A stretch of 54,283 bases of DNA, the filler included, from Sphacelaria rigidula (lineage: Eukaryota), in assembly GCA_964200075.2 (NCBI GenBank). It is 5 parts of 5 records of this genome, joined end to end, with 100 filler letters (N's around TTAATTAATTAA, not from the genome) between each part and the next. Parts side by side here need not be neighbours in the genome. Positions count along the whole stretch, not along the records: positions 10,879 to 21,655 come from CAXNAA020005931.1; positions 21,756 to 32,531 come from CAXNAA020005932.1; 3 more parts are not named here. The stretch is one strand, 5' to 3'. The notes beneath the pieces are model-generated. The model was given only the letters and a program-made list of their open reading frames with translations. It searched no databases and was not told the DNA's origin. Below, in pieces: positions 12,509-24,700 of this stretch (its first letter is position 1; every line of letters begins with the position of its first letter). The translations under genes and the position numbers were made by a program.

Positions 12509-13760
12509 TAACCTTCGCTAGTTATTCGAGAGCTCCGTGATCGGTATAGATGTGGAAAGGCACGTGGAACAAGTCCTGTCCAACCCTTTTAATAGCCCAA
12601 GTTATGCCTCCGCCTTCGAGTTCAAGGGAACTCCAGTTTACCTCGTTTGGGAGGGTTGCGCGGCTGATGTATAAAATAGGTCGGACAGAGCCATCCAGCT
12701 GAGGCTGATTCAAAACGGCGCCGAACCCATCTGTGCTAGCATCGGTGTGTAGTTGGAAAATACGTGAGCCGTCTTGTACCGCATCCCAATCCGGAAAACA
12801 AAGAACCGGTTTTTCGGTCAATATTTTGAGCAGTTCGCGGGCGGTGGCTTCCATTTCGTTAATGAAGACAAACGGGACGTTTTTCTTCAATAAATCTGTG
12901 ATGGGCCGGATCCGCTTGGGCAAGTTGGGCAAAAACTTGCGATAGTATGAAAGTCCACCCAACAGCGAGCGAAGCTGCGAAATATTGGTGGGCATGGGCA
13001 TATCAGTCACAGCCTTGACCTTGTTCGTGTCTGGGTGCGATCCAGCAGGAGAAATAGAGTGTCCCAAGAAATCCAATTCAGTGGCTCCGAGTCGAGCTTT
13101 GGATGGAGACAATTTTAAGCCGTGTGTACGCAAGCGGGAGAGAAATTCCCGTAGAGTTCGAACATGCGCCTTGGGGGGGGCATCAAAAGCGATATCATCG
13201 TCTAGATACATGATAACATGCTCGAGACCGTCAGTAACGCGTTGCATTAGGCGTTGAAAGCAGCCAGGTGCGGTGGCAGCGCCTTGTGGCATAGGACACC
13301 ATTCAAAAAGCCCTGAAGATGTACAGAACCCTGTCAAGGGGATTGTATCTGGATGGATTGCATTTTGGAAAAATCCAGATGCCAGATCAGAAGTGCTGAA
13401 TATTTTTCCTTCGCCGAGAGAGTCGAAGACTTCGTCGATGCGAGGTATGGGGAGTTTTTCTACGACAGTGACGCGATTCAGCCGTTTGTAGTTCACGGTG
13501 ACGCGGATGTTGCCATCTTTTTTGGGGACGACCGCGAAGGGTGAGGCCCATGGCGAAGACGAGGGTTGAATCAGACCAGCTCCTGAGTATGCATCTAAAG
13601 TAGCATTGACTTTTTGGTGAGGAGGGGATTCGTTCGATACGGTCGAGATGAGATCGGCGAAACGCCAGGTTGCAGGGTTATCTGGAATGGCAATGTTTTA
13701 CAATGCCCGAGATCCGTCTTGGATCGGAAAAACCTGTCCTGATATTCCAGGAGAACATCG
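12509..13760 (-). pseudogene. Gypsy reverse transcriptase and RNase H (3' end of RNase H missing)
   Basis: SRPYR; VNYKRLN; LPIPRIDE; DLASGFFQ; MPQGA; YLDD; FLGH; LRSLLGGLSYYRKF; TDAS..GFGAVL; ELE; YTDH. Stop after HGALE and truncated at LAKV. Confidence 0.95.
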
Positions 13761-15674
13761 TGTAACTCCTGGATGACGGCGGGCTCCCAGCCCGGACCAT
13801 GTAGGCCATTTATGAATATCACGCAAATGAGGTGGAAGTTGGTGCCACATTTGCAAGAAATGCTCTCGAGACTCGACCGATAAGCGTTGAAGCACTTCAT
13901 CAGGAGGTTCAGTAGGGGGTCTGTCGGGTCCCACCGCAGAAATCTGAGTCGGGGGTGAGGCGGAGAGATTGAAGTATGGCTCATCGACGCAGTGATCAAA
14001 ACGATCAGTCGGCGGCCTGGAATCAGGCGCCGGAGGGTCGGCGACACAGGTATCCAGAGGAATGTGCATCAGAGGAGCCGCGGCGATGCCCAAGACATCG
14101 CTAGATTCCAAATTAGCATGGCTTGTGAGAGGCAAGGGTTGCTCGCCGTCCGAGACAAAATGCTCAGTGCCAGCGGGCGCACCAACTCCAGGCTGCAATT
14201 CCGCAAGGTAGTGGCCGGTGAGGGCAGGCATACCGTTGCGGCGAACAAGCAAAACTTCCAAGAGTTGATGCTCGTCGGAAAGGGTGATGCCAGAACTGCC
14301 ATTGTACCGAAGATGGTAAGCCGCTCCGGTAGCTTGTTCATTCTTTTTGTAGGCTAAGGCACCATTGAGGGCACCAAAGTGTTCTAGTTGGAGTTCTCTA
14401 CGAGGCGCCGACTGAGGCGATAAGGGCGGGAGGGTGCGGTACGTACGTTGGTCGAACCGCATGTAGCTATCTCTGCCAAGAAGGAGAGCATGATGCATGG
14501 TGCTATCAGGGACGAGGAAAGCCCAGACTGCGAGACTAGCCGAACGTGTATCATTGTGGAAAAATTGTACACTGAGACGAACAGAATTTCGTGTTGTCAA
14601 GGGTATTTTGGAGTCGCCGAAACCGCCCCACATGCGAGGTTGGGTGGTGATTTCGCAGACATCGGAAGCAGCGCTAGTCTGCTTCATAATACGATTCCAC
14701 ATAGACTCTTTGATGAATGTCTGGGGACTACCGCTGTCTAGCAACGAGACGCATTTGGCGCGCGTGGTGGCGTTAGGGCCGCAGTGTAATGCTACACGGA
14801 TAGTGAAGGTGGCAGGATCAATGGACACTTTACCACCGACGAGGTCAGGGCCATGTTCAGATAACGTGAATTGGTCAGGATGAGTCGGACTGACCGTGAA
14901 AACGGACGGCGGGTGATCCGCGGGAAGTTCGAAGGTATTGGTAGACAGCGTGGGGGTCTGATCCGATCGTGAAGGACATCGTGAATCAGGATTTTGATCA
15001 ATCTCGTAGATCACTGACTCGGAAGTACAAGCGTCATCTAATAGAGATCGCTGCGAAGTGCGACTGGGGTCATCGGTGGAGGATGCGGTACCGTCTGAAA
15101 GGTCCGATTTGGATTCCTCTTGGATGCCTGGCGATGTCATCGAGCTCAAAGACGCCGCTTTTTGGGGAGAATGAGGTCGAAATTTTACTCTGACGGGAGG
15201 GGGGCGTGTCAATGCTCGCGCTTCCTTGGGGGCATGACGACGAGGCTTCCTCTCGTGCCGTGACAAATGACTGGGAACTTCCAAGACTTCTGGGGAAATT
15301 GCAACTGCGTCCAGTTGAGGTGATGTTGTCAGCATCGGGGCATGCTCGGCCGAAACTTGTGGACTGTCCGCTGGCAAGCTCGGTACAAAGGGCACTACTA
15401 AATGTGAAAGGGGACGAGTGTTGTCCGCTGTATGTCGGGGTAGTTTTGAAGCAGAAGAGTGGCGCGAAAAACGACTACGATCAGGCTGGGTAGGAGTCGA
15501 AGGGTTTGAAGTGGACAGTTTTGAACCATCAACACCACAACCAGGTGAAGGAAGTCTGCAACCACCGGTGCGTGTGGTCGTTGAGGGAAGCCTGTGCCTC
15601 AAGGGCCCGCGATCGGTCTTCCCACACCTCAGATGTATACTTAGTTCCGGAGGACCAAGTCCGGAGCCAAGCAT
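13761..15674 (-). pseudogene. Gypsy pol N-terminal region with aspartic protease
   Basis: CVSLLDSGSPQTFI (D-S-G active site, about 14710-14752) and LLLGRDSY downstream, within ORF 13698-15674. Confidence 0.85.
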
Positions 15675-15849
15675 AGAGCTGGGTTGTGAGTCAACGCAAC
15701 GGTTACGCTATGTGTATGAAGGGAAAGACGGGGGTCGAGAAGAGCAGCCATCATTAGATCTCCTACATAGTGTTGGGCGAGAACGTTTTGTCACCCGAGC
15801 GGTGGTGTGTGTTGGATGAGTCTTCAATTCTGCTATCGGCGGCGCCGAA

Positions 15850-18800
15850 GACTTCACGCCGTCGTCGGCGTGTCATGGGTCGTTGCGATCCGTCACGACA
15901 GAACCAGGGTTTCTGGCATTGGGATTTGAATTGTCGTGAGTCGGCCCTGTTCGCTGGTAATGACCATGCGGAGATTGGGAAGGGCGGAAATAACTATCTC
16001 TATGGCGACTACCTGAGACGGTGTTGGTGGTGTGGCGGCGGTCGCGATTTGAGCGAGAGTCGCTATGATTGTGGTAAGGCTGGCGATGGTGGCGAGAAGG
16101 TGGGCGATACTCGCGCATGCGCTTTTGCCATCGGCGCCACGCCTGCCTGTTGCTCTAAAGTTCAGGATTCATGAGCGAAAAAGTATTGATGCAAGGTTCA
16201 GGGTAGTCACGCATACTGTGGCCCAGTACCATTGCAGTTGATGTATGTGTTAGCATGGCGACGAAAAGCATCCTTGCGAGCCGAAGGCGAAAGCAAAGGG
16301 GTCCACAAATGTGGGTCATCGGTGATGAAAGCAGTTGTGGAAACGATATAAACGTCATCAAAAGTGTCTGCCGAAAAAGGCCAAGCGTCGAAGCTTGCTT
16401 GGAACGGGTCTTTTTTGCTACTAACAGACATGACCGATCCACCGACAGAGTTGGGTGTCCAAGTATTTCTGGACAAAATCTGAGTGCGTTCACGAGACCC
16501 GGAGGTACTCGTGGATGCGGTACGCAGGGTCTGCGAAGACCCAGAAGAACACTGTATGCCACGGATGGCAGGCGTCAAATTATGTTCTTGATCTACGAAC
16601 GCAGTCCACATCGCGTCTATGGAGGCGTAAGACACCTCTTTGTGCGTCAAGGCGTCTGAAACAAAGACGGCATCAGCGTCGTAAATTGCTGAGCGGTACT
16701 ATTGCGAACGTATGTCTGACACATAGCATCACTAGGGTCATTCTGTCGCCCGTTACCAGTCACACTTGAAACCAAAAGCGTGAATTCGCGGAGGTAGTCA
16801 GCAAAGGGCACGTCTGTTGCCACGGCGAAGGAACTGAGGCACTTGATGGCGCCTGCCTGATCAGACTTATCAAAATAGCCTATGAAACGCCTTTCCAAAT
16901 TGCTGAATAATAGCGGCGCTGGTTGCCCGCCGGCACAATCTTGATCCATGTCGGCGAAGAAGGAGTCAAGAATCTGCGTCAAAGAAGCAACAACGTCAGG
17001 GGAGCGACGGCTGATTGAGCGGTGCAAAGCCTTATGCAGCGGTGTTTTCCATCCATCAATCCAGTCAGAGTCTTCGAAACGTTGTTGACCAGTTGCATCG
17101 GCCAATTCAAGGATGTTGCGCATCGTTCGACGCATTGAGGGAATGAGAGCTGACGTAAACTAACCAGAGTCTTCATTGTCTGCAGCAGGCATGGTTTTGA
17201 TATGCCAGAGTTTCTTCACATCCATCTGTAAGTACTCTCGTTTGATGGCAGCGACACGAGACGCTTCTCTACGAGTATCAGAAGCGACTTTATCAGCGGC
17301 AGCTTGTTGTTTGGCTGCAGTGGCGGCAGCTAGCGACCGAGCCGAGTTTGAAGACAGTGGGCGAGACGAATTGTCACTATCACTATCCGTGAGACCTAAA
17401 AGGCGAGCAGACGCAGCTGCTAAAGGAGGCGTTACTTGCCTGACGGCCGGTAAGGGCCGCATAGATCGCGTCGAGGTATGCTGACAGTGTCTAGAAGTCG
17501 ATGAACTGGAAGACTGGTGATCAGATCGTTTATGGCTGCCTCCGGTTGTACAGCGACCGTTGTTTGTGTTGCGGTGGGCCCCGTGACCACGGCGTGGTGC
17601 GGCGCCGGGTTGGTCGTCGTCAGAGTCGTCATCACCACGACGGTGGCGAGGGGGGTGAGGCGTGATCCAGGCCCCATCATCGTCCGGCGGCAGCGTGTTG
17701 TGAGCTGTCCACATAACAGCGAAGAGGGCGGCGACGGCGGTCTCGTAAGCGGGGCGACTGTCCCCGGTACCAATCGTTAGGTAGAGCACGATTCGTTCGA
17801 TGGTGAGAGCTCCTGGGTCGTTGTGCGGGAGCTGTCCTCCTTGCTGAAGGAAGGGGACGATCACACTGTTGACGGGCAGAGTTAGTGAGCGCCAAGCCTG
17901 CTCAGAGGCGCGGAGAACGTTGTTGCGGTTATACTTCCCTGAACGTTGGCGTAGCGTCCAAGGAAGCCAACAGCGTTCGCTGCTCTGAAGGCGCAGCCCA
18001 GGTGTGGGAGCAGGGGACGCCGAAGCCCGAGGGACCTGCGGTGGGGCAGGCGAGGTGCGCGTAGGCGAAGCCGTAGAAGCCGCGGCAGCAGTGTGTAGGC
18101 GCGAGGGCTGGCGTTCTTCCGTTGAGCCGGAAATGACGGCAGAGGGTGCAGGCGCGGGCTCGCTTGGCGTGGTCTTCAGAAGAGGAAGGTGTTGCTCCTG
18201 TTCGAGGGAAGGTAAAGCCGTGGTCGCAGTCTCTGTTGCGGTAGTGCATTGACGCAAGCGACGTTTATTGCGTCGAATGGAGTCACGCATCTGGTCGAAC
18301 GCAGCAAGGCGTTCAGTGAGAGTGCGTTGAGCCGCCCGCTGACGGCTTGTTGCCGAATCGACTGCCTGGCGTTGGTGCGTCAATCGTGCCGTGAAGTCGT
18401 CATGAAGGAGACGGTGGGTAGCGTCGATCGCCGTTTGGCGGGGCGAAGGTGGCGCAGGGGACGTGTCCGGTTGAAATGCCTGGTACTCCGCAAGAATTTG
18501 TTCTTGTTCCGACCGTAGACCACGACACCAGAGCCGGGGCGGAAGGCCCGGCGGGCAATGCTCGACGCCCAACAGGGGGCGGTCGTCCGTGATAGACCCA
18601 GGGGCATGCGCCGGAGCCAAGCCCGTGGCAGTAGGAGCCTGCGGCGAAGTGGCCGATTCCTCATCAGTGGCGGTGATGGGGGTATCATCCACGGCCGCCG
18701 CGGCGGGAGCGACAGTCGCCGCCGCGCTGGGGGCGTGGAGCGTGACACGGGTGCTTTCCGCATCTGTGTCGATGTCGGTGGCTGCAGGAACTGGAGCGGC

Positions 18801-18959
18801 CGCGATAGGAGCGGTGGTCGACGGAGCCTGAGTGTGAGCCATGGTTGAAGCAGATCGCAGGTATCGACGGAGATCTGCAATTTGTCGTTCCACCGCACGT
18901 TCCGTGGCAGCATCAGGGTAGGGCGGAAGGGCACGGTTAGTGCTGCGCCGGTCTCGCAA
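15850..18959 (-). pseudogene. Gypsy gag: long low-complexity/coiled-coil N-terminus, capsid-like region, degenerate zinc knuckle
   Basis: ORFs 17160-18959, 16647-17135 (VPFADYLREF...) and 16207-16650 are chained by stops and frameshifts; a YINCNGT-GHSMRDYP knuckle relic lies near 16190-16250; position between PBS remnant and protease. Confidence 0.7.
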
Positions 18960-18968
18960 AAATGCCTG

Positions 18969-21099
18969 CCTGCCCCACCCCTTTCCCGGCTGAGATCCTG
19001 ACCCCCGTGGGCACTCTACCCGCCCCCGCTGCCTCTAAAGTGCTCGAGCTGGCACTCAAAGGTACCGTCTTCACGACTGACGAGGACGTTCATCTGCTTG
19101 TCCGCCGATCCAAATCCCATTTGGGCACGGCTGCCGCAGTAACAACTGCCACGTCGGCACTTCTTCGTCATGACGTCTCTCTCCGCATCTACGTCCCTAT
19201 CATGATGCGTCCGTGGGTCATGAAGGGCTGTCACTCTGATTTGTCCTGCCACTTAGGCGTCACGCGCACGTTAGCGCTCCTTGAACGCTTTTATTGGTGG
19301 ATCGGCATGGAAGCATCCACGCGTTTTTGGATCCGACGATATTCCAAATGTCAGGCTCGCAAAACCTCTCGCCAGACTGTACGATGGCCGTTGATCTCCA
19401 TGTAGATTCCAAACGCTCCTGGTCACTTCGTATCGTTCGACTACTTCGGTCCTTTACCCCCAACTGACCGTGGTAATACCTACATTCTACTTTTCACCGA
19501 CCGCTTCAACCGTCACGCGGCTATGTATGCCGTAACTGCTAGCGATTTCACTGCTGCTGGCACACCAGACATTCTCGTCCATGACTACATTAAGCACTAT
19601 GGCTGCCCGAAACGGCTCCTCTCCGACAATGGTCAACAATTTTGCTCCGAACTCTCGGATGCTTTGTACAAGCTCCTCGGCATTCGCAAAATTGCCACGA
19701 GCACCTACCACCTTAACGGTAACGGTGGAACTGAACGTGTGAACCACACGATGGCTCAAATGCTATCCATGGTCGTGAACGACCGCCAGAATGACTGGGA
19801 CCTTCATCTTTCGCATGTCATGCTGTCTTACAACAATTCGGTTAACGCAGCTACGGGCCTCTCGTCCACCGAGCTGCATCTTGGACGCTACCCTCGTCTG
19901 CCCATCACCGTTTTTCGAAAGACATACCTTCGATGGCCACCAAGGTCTGGAACAGGATCAGATGTCCTACCACGACCTCGCCAGGGTTCGTCAGCGCAAA
20001 GCTTTCATCTTGGTGCGCGAACAACACGCTATCAACGCCTCACGCCTTGAAAGATCAATACCGCCCTCTACAACTTGATGCACAGACGCCCTACTTGGAA
20101 GATCGGTGATTGGATCTGGATCTACAACGGTTTGTCCACCGTCCGTCAAGGCGCTGACCGCGCTGCCCAGGCAACAGCCTTCAAGACCAAACCGTCCGTC
20201 AAGTGGACGGGTTCGTTCAAAATTCTCATGGTCGGACCCTCGCCGACATCTCCTGACGGCAAGCCCGTTGGCGACAAACTCCTCTACCTCGATTTACGTC
20301 GTGACCTCCAGGGGCACGACGCTAAATCTCGCGTCTCTGTGCATCGTTGCAAGCCCTGCACGAACCCGCGTGGCACCACGGATATGCCTCAATACCTGCC
20401 CGCAGGTCTCACCCAATATGTGCTTAACAGCTACTCAACAAAATCTCCACTGTACCACGTTACCACCGATGACGTGACTGAACAACCTCTTCGCTTGGCC
20501 GTGCCCCACATTTCCGTCCAACAAATCACTCGAGGCCCTGGCGGCAAAATTGCTGTCATGTACAAGACATACTGGCAAGGTCTTCGGCGTGCGTCTTGGG
20601 AACGCGAGTCCGACCTTCAACTGCACCGTCGTGCCATCCTTCTCTACCGGACACAATCCCCACAGCAATAGCTCACTGACGACAAGGGATATCGCAACAT
20701 GAGACGCGGTGCTGCAGCCCGTGAACTCCACCGCGACAAAGGACTACGTTTTGTCGCCGACGGTTACGAACTCGTACCCACCAAATAATGGGACGAAAAG
20801 ATTCGCGCTAAACAACAACCGCTCCCTAAAGGTGCCTACTTGTGGTATAAGGGCAGCGATTACCTCTGGTGGCTAGGTCAGATCCACTCCGTCGATGCCC
20901 TCGCGGCCGACACGTACATCGTGCGTTTCCTCGACGACCCTGGGCCCGTTCAGCTCAAGCTTCGCCCTGATTTTTATACACGACTAACCCCTTCGCACCC
21001 CGCCGTTCCTGGTGCCTACAACGCTTCAAGTCACACGGCTTACGCCGAGGTCTTCAGCGCAATATCGATCGTACACACGACATCAACGCACCATCTTGA
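18969..21099 (+). pseudogene. Gypsy integrase (H2C2 zinc finger, DDE core, GPY/F) with C-terminal chromodomain-like and Tudor-like modules
   Basis: CHSDLSCHLGVTRT...YWW...KCQARK; VSFDYFGPLP; LLSDNGQQF; YHLNGNGGTERVNHTM; KWTGSFKI; YKTYWQGLRRASWERESDL; WYKGSDYLWWLGQI...YIVRFLDD. Stop at 19403 plus later stops and frameshifts. Confidence 0.92.
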
Positions 21100-21296
21100 G
21101 TTCTATCTCTTCGCACTCCCTTTATCGCGCTTTTTATCTTCCCTACCAGTTTGGTTCTGGTACTTCCTTCGTCCCCTCCCAGGTACGCTCTACTCTTCAC
21201 TGCTTCACCTACGATGAATCTCCTCTCGCGACTCATCCCTGCTCTCATCAACCCCTTCGACGACTTTTTCTGGAGCCCCTTCGCCCCCTTCCATTG

Positions 21297-21345
21297 CATG
21301 GTCGATGGTCAAACGACTAAGGCAAGCAACAAATGAGTACGCCCC
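21297..21345 (+). mobile_element. Extremely 5'-truncated LINE 3'-end insertion with TSD
   Basis: CATGGTCGATGGTCAAACGACTAAGGCAAGCAACAAATGAGTACGCCCC, flanked by duplicated CGCCCC(C)TTCCATTG at 21282-21296 and 21340-21353. Same 3' end as the LINE copy ending at 52300. Confidence 0.85.
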
Positions 21346-21655
21346 TTCCATTGGCCTCTACGCTGCCGCCACTTTGTCTGGCTGGCACTCGACCCTATTC
21401 GGGTCCTTGAGTTTTTGTATTTCTGCTTGAGATTGCCACTGTGTCCTTTGCGAGGTTTTCCTTTGCTTTTTATCTAGCTAGCGCTTCAAAGTATTGTGTG
21501 CTTTTTCCGTTTGTTCGCTAGCTCGCAGCAGAATTGTGTGCTCCTGCGCGGTCAACCGCAATTAACAGTAGTTTCGTGAGATTGAGAGTGGATGGTGCGA
21601 TTGAGAGTAGGCTTTTCGAGGCTCTCTGCGGCGGGTTGTGCCTGCATTAATGGAC

Positions 21656-21755
21656 NNNNNNNNNNNNNNNNNNNNNNNNNNNNNNNNNNNNNNNNNNNNT
21701 TAATTAATTAANNNNNNNNNNNNNNNNNNNNNNNNNNNNNNNNNNNNNNNNNNNN
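21656..21755. other. Artificial contig linker
   Basis: N44-TTAATTAATTAA-N44. Confidence 0.97.
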
Positions 21756-24700
21756 CTCGGTCCCGGCTTTGTAGGGATCCGAGGTCAATAGTCTCATGAC
21801 TATGGCATGCATGATCATGAGTACTCCCCCTCTGCCCTCGGGACGAGTCCGCGGCTTCGAATTCTCGACACATCTCTTCGAATGTCGCACATGATTACAC
21901 TGTTCCGCTCACGAATTATGGCGGAGTTACACAATTTCAGGAGTATGTACTGCCTATACGCAGAGTAACATGATAAAGGGAAATACTCGCCTACGGGAAA
22001 CTCGAGTAAAGGGAAGAAATACGAACGAAAGAAAAGCAACAACAGCAGAGAGCATTGGAGAGAAGAGCTTTGACGAGAGTAATACGATGAAAAATAAATG
22101 GGAATATAGGAAATCGGGTATATGCCGTGGTTTCAGGAACAAAAAAGGGTAGGACACTTGTCCGTTCGGGGCCCAGCGCCGCACGCTGGCTGAGCACCTC
22201 TAAAGCACGTACCAGCGTCTCAGCCCCACGACTAGCGTGCGTGGGCAGCATGCCCAACTCCGTCTTTTTGAAACATGGCAACAGACTCCGCTAAGGCGCA
22301 TAAATGGCGAGCTTATACGAGCAGCCTATTTTGTCCATGAATCAGCAGGGCATACCCGACTCTCAACTTGAAGGTCGTATGGTACCCCTATTTTGTTTAT
22401 TTGGGTACCGTTTTCTGGTGACGTGCATACCCCCCTTTTATTCAGTGGTGACCATACCGCGCACTGTGCAGAGGACACGCCGAACAGTCCCGACCATACC
22501 CCCATTTTGTCTATTTTCACGTTTCCGAAAAGCCCGAAGAACCCAGTGTCCAAGATATTATGGCCTGCTGCTGGCTTCTCCGCAGTCCTGAAAGACCCGA
22601 AGATGTGTGCAGGGAGCGAACGCTCATGTTCGATAGGTCACAAAAATCCAAAGTATATGTGAACAGTCTTGCCGTCACACACGCCTGCGCAACGGCATAT
22701 GATGTGGTGGGTCAGAGCGCAGCGGGATCGGAAGTTTTAGATCGAGACAAATCTTCACCATATGCAACTGTTGTCGGCGACCGGACTGCAGAAGAGTGTG
22801 AATCGGATGACGTTTAATCGGATGTACTACTGAGGAAGTGTGACACTAATATTTCAGATCATCGGAAGGAGCAAGACGCGACGTTCCCCCACCGCAGTGG
22901 AACCATATGGGTGCCGCTTACGAACGATATTTGGCAGCTGCGCGGCACCCCCGCTGGCCCTTGAAAAAAACACGATTTATTCACCCCGGTCAGCCCTCAA
23001 AAAATAGGTGCACGGGTGGAAGCTGGTACACGTCATCCGCATTTTAGAGCATATCGAAGTTATAGTGCATCATGGATGGGTTGAACGATGTGCGTAAGGA
23101 ACAAAATCGGGTTGTGAGTGTACGCGTTGTCGCGTCGTGTAGCCAGTGTATACCCCACCGATGTCAGGAGGCTACATGGAGTCTCGATAAATGGCTATGG
23201 CGGCCCAGAAAGGTAGGAGGGTTTATCCCAGTTCTCTCTATGATGGGCACGTTGACGGGATAGTGCTAACGCTATTGCTAACCCTAACCCCAACTGAAGG
23301 CATGCAGAGAGCCCTCGGGTGAGGGATAGCAAAGGGTGTCGTAGGCAAAGTGAGCGTTGGCAGACGAAGAACGCCTTCAGCAAACGGTTGGAAGCACTTG
23401 GAGTTGCCAGCGCCACCGAAGATCCGGATCTCGGTGTTTGTGCTCGAATCAATCAAGTATATCAACCACGGATAGAATGACTCCGAACTGGGACACACTC
23501 TGCTGCACAAAGCACTATTATAGTTGCGCGTTGACCCGAGAGAGGAACGGTCACAAAAATTGGAACACAGGGAAGCAACCATAGCCAGAGACGAGAAAAA
23601 AATGATGAAAATAACGTATTTTCAACGCGACGCAGTCGGTAACGGTAGACATAGCGCGGCGCCTTCACCTGTTACGTGTGCTCGACGTTCCTGAAACGCC
23701 AATAATTGTTCAAGTAAGTGCCTCATGCCCTGCAGCCAGGAAACTCTGTGACTTCACAGGGTAGTACCGTACAGTGAGACGAGGGAAGCAAGCAGAGCCT
23801 ACGGAGTAACTGGAAGCATGCGTCACAACCGGAAATGTTCGTCGCGAGCCACGTCTAGTTGCCTGAAGAACAGAGACGTGCGAACGGATAGACACGCCTC
23901 TGAGATGGAATGGTAGCCTGCCAGCAGCCCAGGGAATTTCCCTGCTGAATTCTCGGAGATGGTGTGAATGATGTCTTCTATATATGGTACAATTTCAAGA
24001 TGGCAATACATGGCCTATAGGATGATGATGATACTCGTGAATTGACTTGCAATCCTGGACGAGCCAGTGGTTACCTTTTTTGCGACATTTACGTTTTTTT
24101 TTATTTGATACCGCCGTTTTTTTAATTGATTGTTGCACTTTAACTGACCCCCCAGGGGTCCAGCGTGGTCTCATGATAGACGTACGTACCCAAGACAAAA
24201 CAAAACTGAAACACTCGCCGAAGAAAAGAAAAATCAGAAAAAAAAGAAGTCGAACAGAACGACACAGTAGACCAAAACCTGAAGAAATAAAAATAATATT
24301 GGGGAGAAAAACGTCAACGAAAGCGAAGCACAGAAAAAAATGGCCGACCTAACACAAAAAAAGGATAGAAAGAGGAAAGTAAAGAGCTAATAAGATATAG
24401 TAAAATAATATGACGACCAAAGAAAAAAAAATCCATGTAGTATATTTACAGGTGCGCCTACGAGTCTTTCTTTTATTCAGCGTAAATACGACGCTGCACG
24501 AGTACATCAGGCTGCACGAGTACATCAGACGTTACCAGCTCGATTTTTTTATTCTACCATACCTTCAGCCCCTCGCGTTCCTCGGAACGATTCTGCGGTC
24601 TTGGGGCATCGACCTACGTCCCCCTTCCCGACGGTACCCAACTTACATTTAGATGTGGCAGACTAGACCAGCACTTCCGCACCGCATCGACTCTAGTCAC

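Larger units (their letters stand above)
11920..21655 (+). mobile_element. Ty3/Gypsy LTR retrotransposon, degenerate, with internal inversion; 3' LTR not within the contig
   Basis: 5' LTR and PBS on +, gag-PR-RT-RH on -, integrase and C-terminal modules on +. Several stops and frameshifts. Confidence 0.9.

Noticed and set aside
11920-21099. Two independent retrotransposons arranged head to head, or a DIRS-type element
   Set aside because: The PBS is split across the two junctions and domain order becomes canonical Gypsy after one flip. The integrase is DDE-type, not a tyrosine recombinase.
23278-23290. Telomere-like CTAACCCTAACCC (also TTAGGGTTAG near 37153)
   Set aside because: Only about two units; too short to call an interstitial telomere.
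23238-24050. Minus-strand ORF fragments between repeats upstream of the DDHD exons
   Set aside because: Stops in all frames and no recognisable domain.
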